This document shows, piece by piece, positions 12,359 through 24,408 of a stretch of 64,000 nt of DNA (position 1 is its first letter; the number at the start of each line of letters is the position of its first letter). The notes under the pieces were generated by a model that saw only the letters and a list, made by a program, of their open reading frames with translations, did not search any database and was not told the DNA's origin. Position numbers and translations under genes: made by a program. Location of the stretch: NCBI GenBank assembly GCA_051942205.1, contig JAVECO010000070.1, forward strand, positions 1 to 64,000. Reading direction: 5' to 3'. This DNA is from Coniocarpon cinnabarinum (lineage: Eukaryota).

Positions 12359-13126
12359 TCACTTGCCGCCGTCGATGATAATTTCGAATGGAAACGGGTT
12401 CGTATCTGCGCTCGTAATAGGCGGGATATGCTCCTTCTCATCGCCCGAGGTCTGTATCACGTCCATCATGGCCTTCCTCAGGCTCTTCACACTTTTTCGC
12501 ACCAGCGCCTCTGCATCTCCATCGTCCTCATCGCTACTGCTATCATCTTCCTCATCCTCTACCGCGTAATTGGCCTTCCTGCCGACCTTGGCCTGTTGCA
12601 CCAGAAAGGCCAAGTCCCAGCTCTCCCATCTCACGCCGTTCGCCTCGCTCGCACTGCTCGGTTCTTTCCAAAACCCCGCAAAGCCCGTCGATGCTTTCTT
12701 GCGCTTCTTCTCATAGAAGTGTATGCTCACGCTCTTTTTCACTTGCCCGCTCGGATCTGACTTCAGAGTACGCTCCAGGCTCCTTGTTAGCTGCGTGGCG
12801 CGCTCGCTGATCTCCGTCTCTATATCCGCATCGTCGACCAAGGGATGCGTAATGGTAGGTGGTTCCAGCGCATACGGCGAGGTGTGTTGCGGATGTGAGG
12901 GGAAAGCTTGGATGCGGTTTGTGTTGGACGTGGTGGGTGCCACGAAGACCACATCTCGAGTCAAAGGGCGCACGGCGGGGAACAGGCGATGGAAGAAGAT
13001 GGTGTGGAGGAGGCACTTGGCGACATCTTTGGCGAAGGAGCTTTCCGAGAAGACATCGAGGTGGTGGGTGGGTGGTCGCGGTGGACGGGATTGGGGAGCT
13101 GCGCTGGCGGGCTGTGGGCGCATCAT
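12359..13126 (-). CDS. ATG101: Autophagy-related protein 101 (HORMA domain)
   Basis: KDVAKCLLHTIFFHRLFP, FYEKKRKK, WESW, KEHIPPIT..NPFPFEI are characteristic of Atg101. Confidence 0.88.
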   Translation of the reverse strand: MMRPQPASAAPQSRPPRPPTHHLDVFSESSFAKDVAKCLLHTIFFHRLFPAVRPLTRDVVFVAPTTSNTNRIQAFPSHPQHTSPYALEPPTITHPLVDDADIETEISERATQLTRSLERTLKSDPSGQVKKSVSIHFYEKKRKKASTGFAGFWKEPSSASEANGVRWESWDLAFLVQQAKVGRKANYAVEDEEDDSSSDEDDGDAEALVRKSVKSLRKAMMDVIQTSGDEKEHIPPITSADTNPFPFEIIIDGGK

Positions 13127-13890
13127 CTTGTTCCCGCGATATGCGCAATCTCTTGCGCTTACGGAGTCTGCATGGTCGAACCGGAATTATGTAGTATATG
13201 TTGACTTGTAGGAGTCGATCGTTTTGCAAGCTCAACGATAAAGTACCTAAAGAAGTCACGCTGATCACATGTTCGAAGCCAGCTCAACCACGGTAGTGCT
13301 CTGATGCCTACCAGGGGCTTTTCCTGTACTACCTACCTTCATTGGATGTTTACATCTCTCCTTTGATGCAAAGCGTTTTGCGTAAGGCACCTATCTCGTC
13401 AAGTTAGCTTTTGCACTGCACGCGATGGCAGCAAGCGAAGTACCCTCCCAGCCACGCCATTCTCGACCTGGCTAGCCATACGTCAGCCCATTCTGAGCTA
13501 AACAAGCCGAGGCGATCTGTTTTGGAATCATTCGGTCACAACGAAAGACATTGAAGAGCGTGTTCCGGAATCCCTTGCGTATCTTAATTTCCACATTGTC
13601 TACTAAATCGAGACATTCTTGCCGCTGTATCAGTCGTTTGGAGCCGAACATGCGGCGCTGATAGGCCACCGTCCACTTCCTCGGTCGCGTCGCCAACGCA
13701 TAGTCATTCCAAACCTACACCGCTTTTCCCTTGTACGCAACGAGCGATTACTCCTACAAGACACGGTCTTCATTTATCGCGCGGTCAACACACCAGAGTC
13801 TTGATCGACTGTCCCCACTGAGGCTGTAAAAGCCAGCACTCTTCGCATGTCAAGCGCAAGACCGATCACATTCCACTTTAGATCTCGACC

Positions 13891-15654
13891 ATGTCCTCCT
13901 TCTACCAACGTACCAAAAACTGGCTCACCCGAAACCGCACGCCGCTTCTCATCACCACTTCCCTCATAACCGGTGGTTATCTCTTAACACAGTATGCGCT
14001 CTCCAAACTCACCGAGGCGCGCCAACGCATGTCCGACGATCGGATCGCGCGTGAGAATCTACGCCGTCGTTTCACCCAGAATCAAGAAGATTGCACGTAC
14101 ACAGTCTTAGCGCTCCTCCCTACAGCGACGGAGAACATTGTCAGTGCGCTGGAGGTCGAACGATTAACGGGAGAGCTCCAGGCCAGAAGGGCCGTTCGAG
14201 GCGTGGCAGGAGAGGGCAGTGTGAAGAGTAGTGACTTTGCGCCGACCGAGAGCGTGGCCCGCAGCGAGGTTGCAAGTCCAACCGATCAGCCAAGCGCAGA
14301 AGGGGTCGCTTCAAGAGATGGCGAAGGAAGCACGACCGGCAGTGAATTCGTTCACGCCAGCCAGCTGGCTGAGAGCACCGTCAGTCCCGAGCAGCAGCAA
14401 AGACAGGGTACTAGTAAGAGCAAGATACAGCTGTGGGAAGAAGTCAAGATCTACGCAATAACTAGAGCACTGACATTGCTATACACCCTTGCGCTGTTGA
14501 CGCTACTCACAAGAATACAACTGAATCTCTTGGGTCGACGCAATTACCTGTCGAGCGTCGTATCGCTTGCGCAGCCGAGCCCAGCTAGCGGCAATCAGCG
14601 AATCGAGATAGAAAATCGAGACGATGCAGACGCGGCGCAGAGCTATGGCGATGACTTTGACACGAATCGAATGTATTTGACCTTTTCATGGTGGCTGCTT
14701 CACCGAGGATGGGTCTCAATTAAAGACGAGGTCGAAAGAGCGGTGGGCGAAGTCTTCTCGAGCATCAGCCCTCGAGACAATGTCACGTACGCGAGCTTCT
14801 CCAGCTCGATCAAAGAGGTGCGCATGCGCATCGAGGGATCTACAGAGCAAGAGAGAGGTGTTTCCAAATGGCTGCCTTATCTGTTGCCCAAACGAGATCA
14901 AGAACAGGCGGTGCTCAAGGAAAGCGGCATAGCGCCCAGCGCAGAAGGATACGTGGCGGGCGGCTCTGGAGCTGCAGACTACAAGGTCACACCGAGTCTG
15001 AGGAGGTTACTCGATGAAACAAGTGATATCATTGACAGTCCGACATTCGCTCATGTGCTATCAGAGACCCTGGGTGCCGTTTTTGAGCTTCTCGTCGAGG
15101 ACAAAGTGGCCACAGAAGCATACAAAATCCCACCCCAAACTCAGAGCACTGATCAAGAGCATCCAGCGGAGTCGTTTCTCAACCAGGACGCAAGGATTGT
15201 CGAGGTTGACGACAGCTCGCCGGTCCCGGACCGGTCTGCTTCACAGCAAGCAAGTCACACGAGCTGCAGACTCGCCACAGTGCTCGCCGTGATAACGCGC
15301 CAAGCCCACGTCATTGGCTCCGGTGGCAATCTTGGCTCTCTCATGGCTTCTGCTTCTCCCACAATACTGGATGTACCTGGCATGGCCCCTCCAAGCAATC
15401 AATCACTAAGAGAAGCGAATGAGTATCTCGCAGCAATCGAAAAGGTGCGGGACCTTGAAGCATTCGCTGCTGTTGTTTATTCCTCAAACTTCGAAGTCGA
15501 AGCTCTTGATGATGATGACAGCAGTGAAGGTCGGTCGGGCCTGAGCATGAAAGATGTCGAGAAGAGCTTGGTTGACGTCGGAAGGGACGTGGAGACCGGC
15601 TTCGAAAGCGCGTGGAATCGTGCTGCTTCCATGGTGGGAGCATCTTCGAGGTGA
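13891..15654 (+). CDS. PEX3: Peroxin-3
   Basis: ARENLRRRFTQNQEDCTYTVLALLPT, KIQLWEEVKI, LTRIQLNLLGRRNYL, YLTFSWWLLHRGW, FAAVVYSSNF. Confidence 0.95.
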   Translation: MSSFYQRTKNWLTRNRTPLLITTSLITGGYLLTQYALSKLTEARQRMSDDRIARENLRRRFTQNQEDCTYTVLALLPTATENIVSALEVERLTGELQARRAVRGVAGEGSVKSSDFAPTESVARSEVASPTDQPSAEGVASRDGEGSTTGSEFVHASQLAESTVSPEQQQRQGTSKSKIQLWEEVKIYAITRALTLLYTLALLTLLTRIQLNLLGRRNYLSSVVSLAQPSPASGNQRIEIENRDDADAAQSYGDDFDTNRMYLTFSWWLLHRGWVSIKDEVERAVGEVFSSISPRDNVTYASFSSSIKEVRMRIEGSTEQERGVSKWLPYLLPKRDQEQAVLKESGIAPSAEGYVAGGSGAADYKVTPSLRRLLDETSDIIDSPTFAHVLSETLGAVFELLVEDKVATEAYKIPPQTQSTDQEHPAESFLNQDARIVEVDDSSPVPDRSASQQASHTSCRLATVLAVITRQAHVIGSGGNLGSLMASASPTILDVPGMAPPSNQSLREANEYLAAIEKVRDLEAFAAVVYSSNFEVEALDDDDSSEGRSGLSMKDVEKSLVDVGRDVETGFESAWNRAASMVGASSR

Positions 15655-15775
15655 CGTTGTGATCCATGAGAACTGAGGCTTTGGTGCCATCTGAACTTGA
15701 GATACGCCTGTACAACTAAGACCATTCGCCCGATTGGCGCGAACTTGCCATATTCTAGCTAATTGCATTGCATCG

Positions 15776-16365
15776 TCACGATGGAAACACTTGGCTCTGG
15801 ATTATTGTTAGAAACTCGTAGGCGGAGTGGGTATGCCATGGACATGCTCACCACAAAGCGATCGAGACCCATCTCAAATAGCTCGTTGTTGACGCCCAAT
15901 CCACCCGGGTGCTCAATCGGACTCAGCGGGTTCCTGACCACGTACTCGACGTACAGATTGGCCCAGATTTGGTGCAATACGACACGCAAGTTGTCACTGG
16001 TGCCAATATCCGTAAGCATGACAAACTTCATGCTCGTAGGCGTCTCGTAGTAGTGTAGCTTGTATTCGCCCGTGCGATACGAGATGAACTCGTCGTCCTC
16101 GCCGCCAAGCTGACGGACCATGTTGCGCAAGGTGAATATGACGCCGAAGACCAGCTTGGCGTCATCGGCTTGAGAGCGCTTGTGTGAGCGGGAAGGGCCG
16201 GCATCGCCATTGGTGTGGGCGCCGGCGCGCGACAGCGGTAGAGTCCAGCGACGCTGGTAGATGCATTCGGCTGAGATGCGGCGTTAGCGACTGTGAGTCC
16301 AAAGTCAATGCTTTTGTCGGTGACTGACTGTGTCTATCAAAGATGAAAAACGAGTAGATGGGCAT
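15776..16365 (-). CDS. BET5: TRAPP complex subunit Bet5/TRAPPC1 (sybindin-like)
   Basis: MPIYSFFIFDRH, intron 16271-16328, ECIYQRRW..DDAKLVFGVIFTLRNMVRQL..YRTGEYKLHYYETPT..LYVEYVVRNPL. A final short intron precedes SQVFPS*. Confidence 0.92.
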
Positions 16366-16821
16366 GCTGCGCCGGCGGGGTCATGAGCGTGGAGTCGAGA
16401 ATTGAGCGATGGACGGGCAAGTCTAGACGATCATCTGCCTTACCCTGTCGACGAATCTCGAGATGTGGCTCGTACCTTGCAGCAGTGGTAGCGGTGTGGG
16501 CAGTTTCGGGGGCGAGAAGGTCGCTAGCGGCTGCCCTGTGGCTGGAAACTGGCGACGCCCCACCTTGCTGGCGCGTTTCAGCCCGAACGCCCGCCCTCGG
16601 AACCCTTAGCCTTAGGTAGGTCCCCACTCACCACTTGCCCTCCGTATCTCAATCGCGGGGCTCGCCGTCCATCTCGTCTCGACACCATTCTGCCTTTTGC
16701 CTTCACCCCTTCCTTCTCCCCCTACTTTATCTGGCCCAGATCGACGGCCCGATCATGTCTTAGATCGGTCATGTTATCTTCATATCTTCACTCTAGCCTC
16801 CACCTCTTCTACTAGACAGCA

Positions 16822-18970
16822 ATGACCTCTCCGAGTCGAGGCTCTCCGAATTCATCCGTACCGCCAACGCCTGCAGATGCCCGGCCTCCTCCAAGTTCCT
16901 TTTCTTCCTCGTATGCGTTCCACAGTCTAGGTCTTGTCATTGGCGCTAACAATGTGGTGCAGCTCCGACTCTGGCTACCACAGCCCTCGAAGACACCACT
17001 ACCGCATGTCTTCCGCTCAGCGACGACAGGTCAAGGAGACCCACAACGCGCATTCCGAATACTCGCAAAGTGAAGACGATGGAGCCTCTCAGTTACGCAT
17101 AAACCAGTATCTGATCCGGCAAGAAATTGGCCGAGGTTCTTTTGGTGCAGTCCACCTCGCCACAGATCAGTATGACCATGAGTATGCGGTCAAGGAGTTC
17201 TCAAAGACCCGGCTGCGGCGCCGGCAACAGTCAAATCTACTCCGTAGACCACGCACGTCGAGACCAGGCGGGGGTGGCAGCAACCTGCCCCCGCATCCCA
17301 GCATCAACGCCGCCATGGTCCGCAACTCAGCAGGTTCAGTGGCATCTCCAATCAGCGCAAACGCATTCGATCTCATTCGGGAAGAGATTGCGGTCATGAA
17401 GAAGCTACATCACCACAATTTGGCATCACTGATCGAGGTGTTGGACGACCCAGATGATGACTCGCTCTTCATGGTTCTAGAGTACTGTCACAAAGGTGTT
17501 ATTATGAAGCTCGACATGGAGGACGACGTCGACCCATATGATATCGACTTATGCCGGTTGTGGTTTCGGGATCTGCTTCTTGGTATTGAATATCTGCATG
17601 CACAAGGGGTCGTGCATCGAGATATCAAGCCCGACAACTGCTTGCTGACAAAAGACGACATTCTCAAAGTTGTGGATTTTGGAGTCTCCGAGATGTTCGA
17701 ACCTCACGGGGATATGCGTATTCACAAGACTGCCGGGTCTCCTGCCTTTCAAGCACCGGAGCTGTGTACCTTAAAGTCTGGCGAGGTTGAAGGTCGACCC
17801 GCCGATATTTGGTCAATGGGTGTGACATTGTTCTGTCTCGTATTTGGTCGACTGCCATTCAGGAAAAACGCCGTGATAGAGTTGTACCAAGCCATTTGCA
17901 ACGATCCCCTGAGTATTCCAGAAGACTGCGAGGCGAGCCTCAAAGATCTGCTAGAACGCATCTTCGAGAAGGACCCGGAAAAGCGGATCAGCATGAACGA
18001 TCTTCGAGTACACCCGTGGGTGACTAAGAATGGTCAAGATCCCTTACTGTCAGCCGAGGAAAACTGTTCGGAACTTGTGTCAGATCCGGATGAGGCAGAA
18101 TTGAATGCAGCCATCACACACAACATGGGCAGAGTCATGGCGGTCATGAAAGCTGCCAAACGTTTCAAAGGCCTCATAGAGAGAAATCGTCCTCATCTCA
18201 TGGACAGCATTCTCGGCTCGGCGTCTAGGATAGTCAAGCCGCCTCTAAACATGTTCTCCTCAGACTTTCATGTCCATCATTCAAAATCGAAGCCGCGGGC
18301 GGCGAGCGAAAAGGATCTTGAAGTCGCCAAACGTGCCCTCAATCAGCAAGGCGATTCTAAGAGCGCGGAATTGATCACAAAGCTGAACAGCTTACCAGAT
18401 AAAATCAAAAGTGCTATCACGCAGCCATTGGACAACAGTCCAGAGCTCCCCGAGTCTCCAAATGTCCTTAGGAAAGTCCAGACTGAACCTCCAGATCCCG
18501 AAGCTCACGTGCGTGGTCATGCACACAGCCCTCTCGAAGACTCGATTTATCTCGGCGTAGGCCGAGGGCCTAGCAATGTCGATGGAGTGCAAGATGATAT
18601 GGTGCTGAGCCCGCAAGTTGTCTGTGAATCGCCGCCAAACTTTGAAATGAACGTATTCGAGGAGGCTTACGAAAAGGAAGTCAATGATATTTACAAGAAT
18701 CAGGGCAGAAGCGCAACGGTGTACCTCACGCGGCGTGTCCAGAAGAGTGTCGGCCAACGACTAGGGCTTTTCTCAACTCGCCCGGACGATAGCTCAGCCG
18801 ACGCTCAAGGAGGCAGTACTCTTGGGAGCTTGTTCGCAAAAGCAGCAAGCAATACCGCGAGCACTGCTTCTTCAAAAGGAGGAGGCGGATTGGCTGGACT
18901 CGTTGGTAAAGCTATGGGTACTGGCCAGGAGTCAGGCGGCCAAGAGGATGCAGGGAAGCAAGCGACCTGA
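16822..18970 (+). CDS. Ca2+/calmodulin-dependent protein kinase kinase (CaMKK/CmkC-like)
   Basis: Intron 16911-16962. INQYLIRQEIGRGSFGAV, AVKEFSK with an R/P-rich insert, HRDIKPDN, DFGVSEMF, AGSPAFQAPE. Confidence 0.92.
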
Positions 18971-19129
18971 TCTAGTGACTCGTTTGATGGCCATGAACCA
19001 AGATTCATTTCTACCACCTAAAATCAGGGTATCTCGCTATGATGAATGAATGTCATACTAAGCTATGACTGACTCGCTAAGCGGACTCGAAGAATAGACC
19101 ATGCCGGGCAAACTCGTCGGAAGCATAAC

Positions 19130-19753
19130 TCATGAGAACGAGGCTGCTGATCCAGCACGTTGTGTGTTGTTCTCGCTTCGTGGTTCTTTCAGTGATTCCG
19201 TATCTCGCAGGAGCGGCGATGTGTCTGAGGGCTTTGCGAAGAGCATTCGTGGTTGGATCGACCTAGATTTCTACATTAGGTCGGACAAGCAATATCAACA
19301 AGTGTCGGCCACAAACCTCGCAATGCGTCTCTCCTTGAAAGCGTTCAACTTTGCAGAAGCCGGCGACATGATTTGATCAGATGGCGAGACGTAATGTCCA
19401 TCTTGCTTGCCCGTGCTGCAACGAGCTGATCAGCATGGGAGACAAAAGGAGGCTAGGGTGGATAGACTGGGCTTACGCTTTCTGCTGAAGTAGCTTGGAG
19501 TACATCTCGCGTTCCTGTTGACTCTATATTCAGGTTAGCAAAACCCTAACATTGCCTGAGTAAGACTCTTTGCAGCATTGTGTCGGTTTCTGTCTCAGAT
19601 ACAGAAAAAGATGCTGAAGTAACCACTGACCTCAGAAGAGAACGTTGGAGCGGGTTTTGCGTCTTTCTTGGGACTCGAGGCGACCGCGTTCTGCTGAACT
19701 CCCACCATTGCGTTGCTATCCAGTTCTGCGAGAGGTTGCTTTTCGTCTGCCAT
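19130..19753 (-). CDS. Spo12-family protein (multi-exon)
   Basis: ATG 19753 MADEKQPLAELDSN. An internal exon encodes YVSPSDQIMSPASAKLNAFKERR (Spo12 motif). The last exon reads SIQPRMLFAK.. to TGA at 19130-19132. Confidence 0.75.
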
Positions 19754-20403
19754 TGGGATGCCTCGCAGATAATTGACAAATTGACAATAAATCTTGCGAT
19801 TTGATGCTCTCTCGCGTGCTGCGATATCCAGAATGCTCGTTGAAAGCGAGTGCAGGATCCGGTTCAGGCAAATCGTCAATAGTGTGTTGTCAAGAGCAAC
19901 TATCGATGCAGACGGGGCTAAGGGCGGCCGATCTCGGAGATAGCGCCAAACGGGAAGCGCCGCCTTTCCCGCCGACAGTCGGCCGGTGCCAAGGGTGCGT
20001 GTTCACTGTTCTGACACTCAGGCGCCCTGTGCCTTCTGCGTAACTGACATGATCACCTGTCCCCAACGCCTTGCCTTGCACCCCAGATTGCCTTGCTCAC
20101 CTATTTAACCTTCTCTGCATCAGCTCGCTATATCTGCTGCGATCTTTCAAGCAACTCATAATCAATTTGCTACCGCTGAAGCACTAACCTGGCACCCCTG
20201 CTTTCAGGGCCGCGTTCGGCCATCTGGGTTCCCAAAGAAGACACGTCGCTTTGACACTAGTGTTGAAACTCCGGAATACACAACCAGCCTGGCCTTTGGA
20301 TCTTCACTTGATGAGAAGGCTTTCCCGAAAGCTCCTTCCGTTCTCTTCCCATCCCAAGTCCTCTTCCTCCGCCGCCACCGCACCAACAACTTTCAGCACA
20401 TCC

Positions 20404-21081
20404 ATGATGGACGGAACAGAAGCTAAACGTCGCCTCATGCAGGAATTCAAGCAATTGAGCAAAGAATCATGGACCAACATCGAACTCAAGAACGACAACA
20501 TCATGGAGTGGATGGTTGGGCTCATCGTGCTCAACCCCGACTCTCAATACTATGGTGGCTACTTCAAGGCCAAGATGACCTTCCCCAAAAACTACCCATA
20601 CTCTCCACCCGATTTCCAATTTTTACGTCCAATGTTCCACCCCAACGTATACGAGGACGGACGCCTGTGCATTTCGATTCTGCACCCACCAGGCGAAGAT
20701 GAAATGAGTGGCGAACTGGCGAGCGAACGCTGGTCACCGGTACAGAGCGTTGAGTCGGTCTTGCTGTCCATTCTGTCGCTGCTGGATGATCCCGAAGTAA
20801 ACTCTCCAGCCAACGTTGATGCCGGCGTGATGTTACGCAAGCAACCGGAAGAGTTCAAGGGACGTGTGAAGAAGGATAGGGATGAATCTAAGCAAGATAT
20901 TCCGGAAGGCTACGAGATGCCGAAGCATGAGGATGCCTTTAGGACCTCAAAGCAGGAAGACGAGTATTTAATGAGTTGGGAGGACTCTGACGAGGAACCA
21001 ACTTTCGATGACTCAGATCTGGATTCCGACGAAGCTGACGACGACGGTGACGAGGATGATACCGGCGACGCTGAACAATGA
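20404..21081 (+). CDS. CDC34: Ubiquitin-conjugating enzyme Cdc34/Ubc3
   Basis: HPNVYEDGRLCISILHPPGEDEMSGELASERWSP (catalytic Cys plus acidic loop) and an acidic C-terminal tail. First ATG at 20404. Confidence 0.92.
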   Translation: MMDGTEAKRRLMQEFKQLSKESWTNIELKNDNIMEWMVGLIVLNPDSQYYGGYFKAKMTFPKNYPYSPPDFQFLRPMFHPNVYEDGRLCISILHPPGEDEMSGELASERWSPVQSVESVLLSILSLLDDPEVNSPANVDAGVMLRKQPEEFKGRVKKDRDESKQDIPEGYEMPKHEDAFRTSKQEDEYLMSWEDSDEEPTFDDSDLDSDEADDDGDEDDTGDAEQ

Positions 21082-21634
21082 CCTTGCTCTGTATCGTTGC
21101 AGTGCTCATGTGTCAAGGAGGCTATCGTGCATGGAGTCCGGGTGTTGCGGAAACGACAACGACAGTATCAGACTGTCCAGGATGCGTCTTTGCTACCGTC
21201 CATCAGGCTATGCATAGCGGTAGATCGTTATTTACGAGCATGATATTTGAGAACGAATAAGTGAAACCTCCTAGGACCTTTGAGAAGCAAGGACTCAGCT
21301 TCTTCATGATGGAACCTCGTGCTCTTGAGATACTTTGAATGTCCGCCGATGAAGCTCGTCATGCAAATTTCCCCGCCAGCATTTGCGCTTCTATTTTCGT
21401 GACCTGCAGGACGGTTTGTTGCTGCTTTGGGAAATTTACGATGCAACATGTGTATACCTTGCCTGCTTATATCAACTACGGTAAGCGCGTTCGTGATATC
21501 CATTGCAAGTCTCCATAGTTCACCGAATGCCATCGCTCCTGCCATGTCTGTACAAGCCACCAGTGCGGCGCTCAACTTTTTGAGCGCTGATTCGCCCAGG
21601 CGCTGATGGTCACCGCATCCATTAAGCACAAAGC

Positions 21635-24304
21635 ATGGCTGGGCTGAGCCAGGACCTGATAGCTCAGTTCAGTGAGTTCACTGGTCTGGGTCCTGGCGGT
21701 CAGGAAAAGGCGATCTTGTTTCTAAGAGTATGTGGATATTCAGCAATGTTCCGACTATGTGGAGAATTATATGCTATGTTTTCTTTGGCCTTCTTTGAAT
21801 CGCCTGCGTTGTATCATACGTCCTGAATACATACGTATGGAGTGCCGCTGTTGATGTTGCTTCTGCTGATGCGATGTTGTCACAGGGCAATAACAATAAC
21901 TTGGAACAAGCCTTGGGAGCTTACTTCGACGATCCAAACCCATTAAGGTACGAGGTGAGCCCATTCGCTATTCGACTCCACATTGCTCTGCCCTGGTCGA
22001 GGGTGCATGGGTGAAGGCAACAGTGCATTGTCGTTGCTACCTCGACCGTCGATAGTGATATAGAGGCCGAGAATGGAGATTCTAGGTGGGGAGAAATCGC
22101 TAACTTTATTGTTGCGAAGAAGCAGTTCCGCTATGATGAGTCTCAGTTCTCTAGCAACCGTGAAGGCGGTGCCGATGGATCCCAAAATCAACGTAAGCTG
22201 GTAATGAGTCATGCTTGATCTTCGTCAAAAGTGCTGAATGCATTTGTAGCATTTCAATTGGACGATGATTTTGGCAATGCCAATCAACTTACCTCCTTAA
22301 CGGCACCATCTAGACCTCCTTCGCCTCAGTTGATTGGACCTGCACCGCCACCTGGATTTCCAAATAGTAAGTCATCGCGCAGCCCCCCTCCCGATGCTAT
22401 GTTGACCTTCTGTGCAGCTGGGACTGCATGGGAAAATCCATCAAAGGAGGATACAGAGTATAATGAAGCCATTAAACGTTCATTGGCAGATCAGCAGACA
22501 GGTGTCATCAATGGTAAGTATAGAACCGAACTCAGTCCCTATCTGAGCTGACAATAGTGCAGCTTCCGGTCACGAGGTAGTGCCTGACGTCGAAGCTAAT
22601 GACCGCCGACGAGTACCTGGCGAGCCCGCTTTCCTAAAGCATATGCTCAAGCCAGACTTCCTCCCTGCTCTCATTAATATTCTTCACTCTATCCCCAGCA
22701 TTCATGACAACATGCTCAGAGCTAATACCCTCCTCACCGACTATGGGTATAATCCTCACTGGTGGTCGGGCGAAGACATGCAGGCTTCGTCGGTGGTGTA
22801 TTATGATGATGCAGCGATGACAAGTGATGCCAACGAGTCTTCCTGTTCACCTGTGCTAACCGAAGTGCAACGGCTCCTCGCATTCTTGGATAGGACTGAA
22901 CGCTCCTATGGGAGCGCGGAAGCGCTCTCACGAGTCCACGCCATCAGTGCGCTTGAGCCAACCGGACCCAGTCGTAGAACGCTGCTGTACCGATTCCTTG
23001 AGGCCTGGGATGCAGTAGATTCGGCACACCAGCTGTTTCGATCAACCGTCGTCGACAAAGACGGCGTGCGGAACGAGATACACGGCTATGAGATTCCTTC
23101 AGGCATCCCCAACGCTGGTAAAGAGCCCACCTTGATTGAACTGCTTGATAACGTCATCTGGGACAAGCAAGCTAGTGGCGACTTTGAGCCAGACAATTTC
23201 CTGGATCACATTGCACCTATCCAGATTCTCACGATGCCTTCTCACAGCACATGGAAGCTTCGCGTGCCATCCTCGTTCTTCATTGATCGGTATCTGTTGG
23301 CAAACAAGCACATCATCATCCAGATGAAAGATGAGAACGCCAAATATGTGCAGCGAATCGAAGCCATTGATAAAGCTCTCAGGAAATTGAAAACTTACAC
23401 TTATACCCCTGGCACTAATACTAACCTTGTTGCGCAAAAGCAGGGCGATGCAGTGCAATTGCTGTCAGACTCGGTCGAGTATCTTGAGAAACGGGCTCAG
23501 CAGAGCAACGAGCAAAACTCCGATGCAGGTGAAAGTCTTTTTGATGGAAAGACAGTGTATAAGCTTCGAGCCATCAAAACCAAGATCACAGAGCGCATTG
23601 AAGCACTCAATGCAGAGAGGCAACAAGCGTTGGAAGCCATGCAGCAGTATAACGACGTACTCGCCATGTCTAACCCGAATAACCAACTGTACTATGACCC
23701 GCAACATCGCTACATTCTATGCGGCGTGTCTGTGATCTCCATGCGCCTCCTCGTCACCTACGCTCAACACGCTTCCAACACATCGTCCGAGTCTAAGTGG
23801 TGGAAGCTCGTCTACGATACCACCAAAACCACACCCTCCATCTCTAAAACCATAGTGAGCGAATCTGATGTCCTCTTAGCCGCCTCCCAAGGCATCAACG
23901 ACACCATGCTCGTCTACGTCGCGGAAAGCGCTCTCGCAGGCCCGCCGCCCATCTCGCTGCCCCCGCAACTCAGCCGCTTCGTCGAAAAAGACAATGAAGC
24001 CTTCCGTGAGGAGCTCGTTAGCGGCATCAGCAGCGGAGGCGGTCCCGGCCCTGCGGTTCCTGTTACTATTACGGGTGTCAGGACGGGAAGCGAGAGCGGT
24101 GCAAGTGACGACAGCATGAAAGTGCAGGGCGATGACGAGGGGATTGAGATGGACGATCAGGATCGCCCACCGCCGTATACGACGTCTGAATGGGATTTAG
24201 GCGATGTGGGCGGGGGCGCGCAGCCTGAGATGAAGGAGAAGGGGAAGCCTGGGCTGTTTGGACGGATGCGGAGGACGAGCAAGAGCAGTGATGAGGGGAT
24301 GTGA
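21635..24304 (+). CDS. UBA-like/UIM-containing protein with C-terminal PPxY motif (Rup1-like)
   Basis: Spliced N-terminus LIAQFSEFTG..AILFLR^GNNNNLEQALGAYFDD (UBA-like), EYNEAIKRSLAD (UIM-like), RRVPGEPAFLK..LINILHSIP, EVQRLLAFLDRTERSYGS, C-terminal DRPPPY. About 5 introns in 21728-22562. Confidence 0.7.
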
Positions 24305-24408
24305 TGTGCTGTTGTACCCATCTTTACTTCTGAAGTCGATGCGAGGAGGTATTGTCACTGCATTGCTTATGGCATAGAGCTTATTCTGTTTGAATCTCAT
24401 GGCATTGA

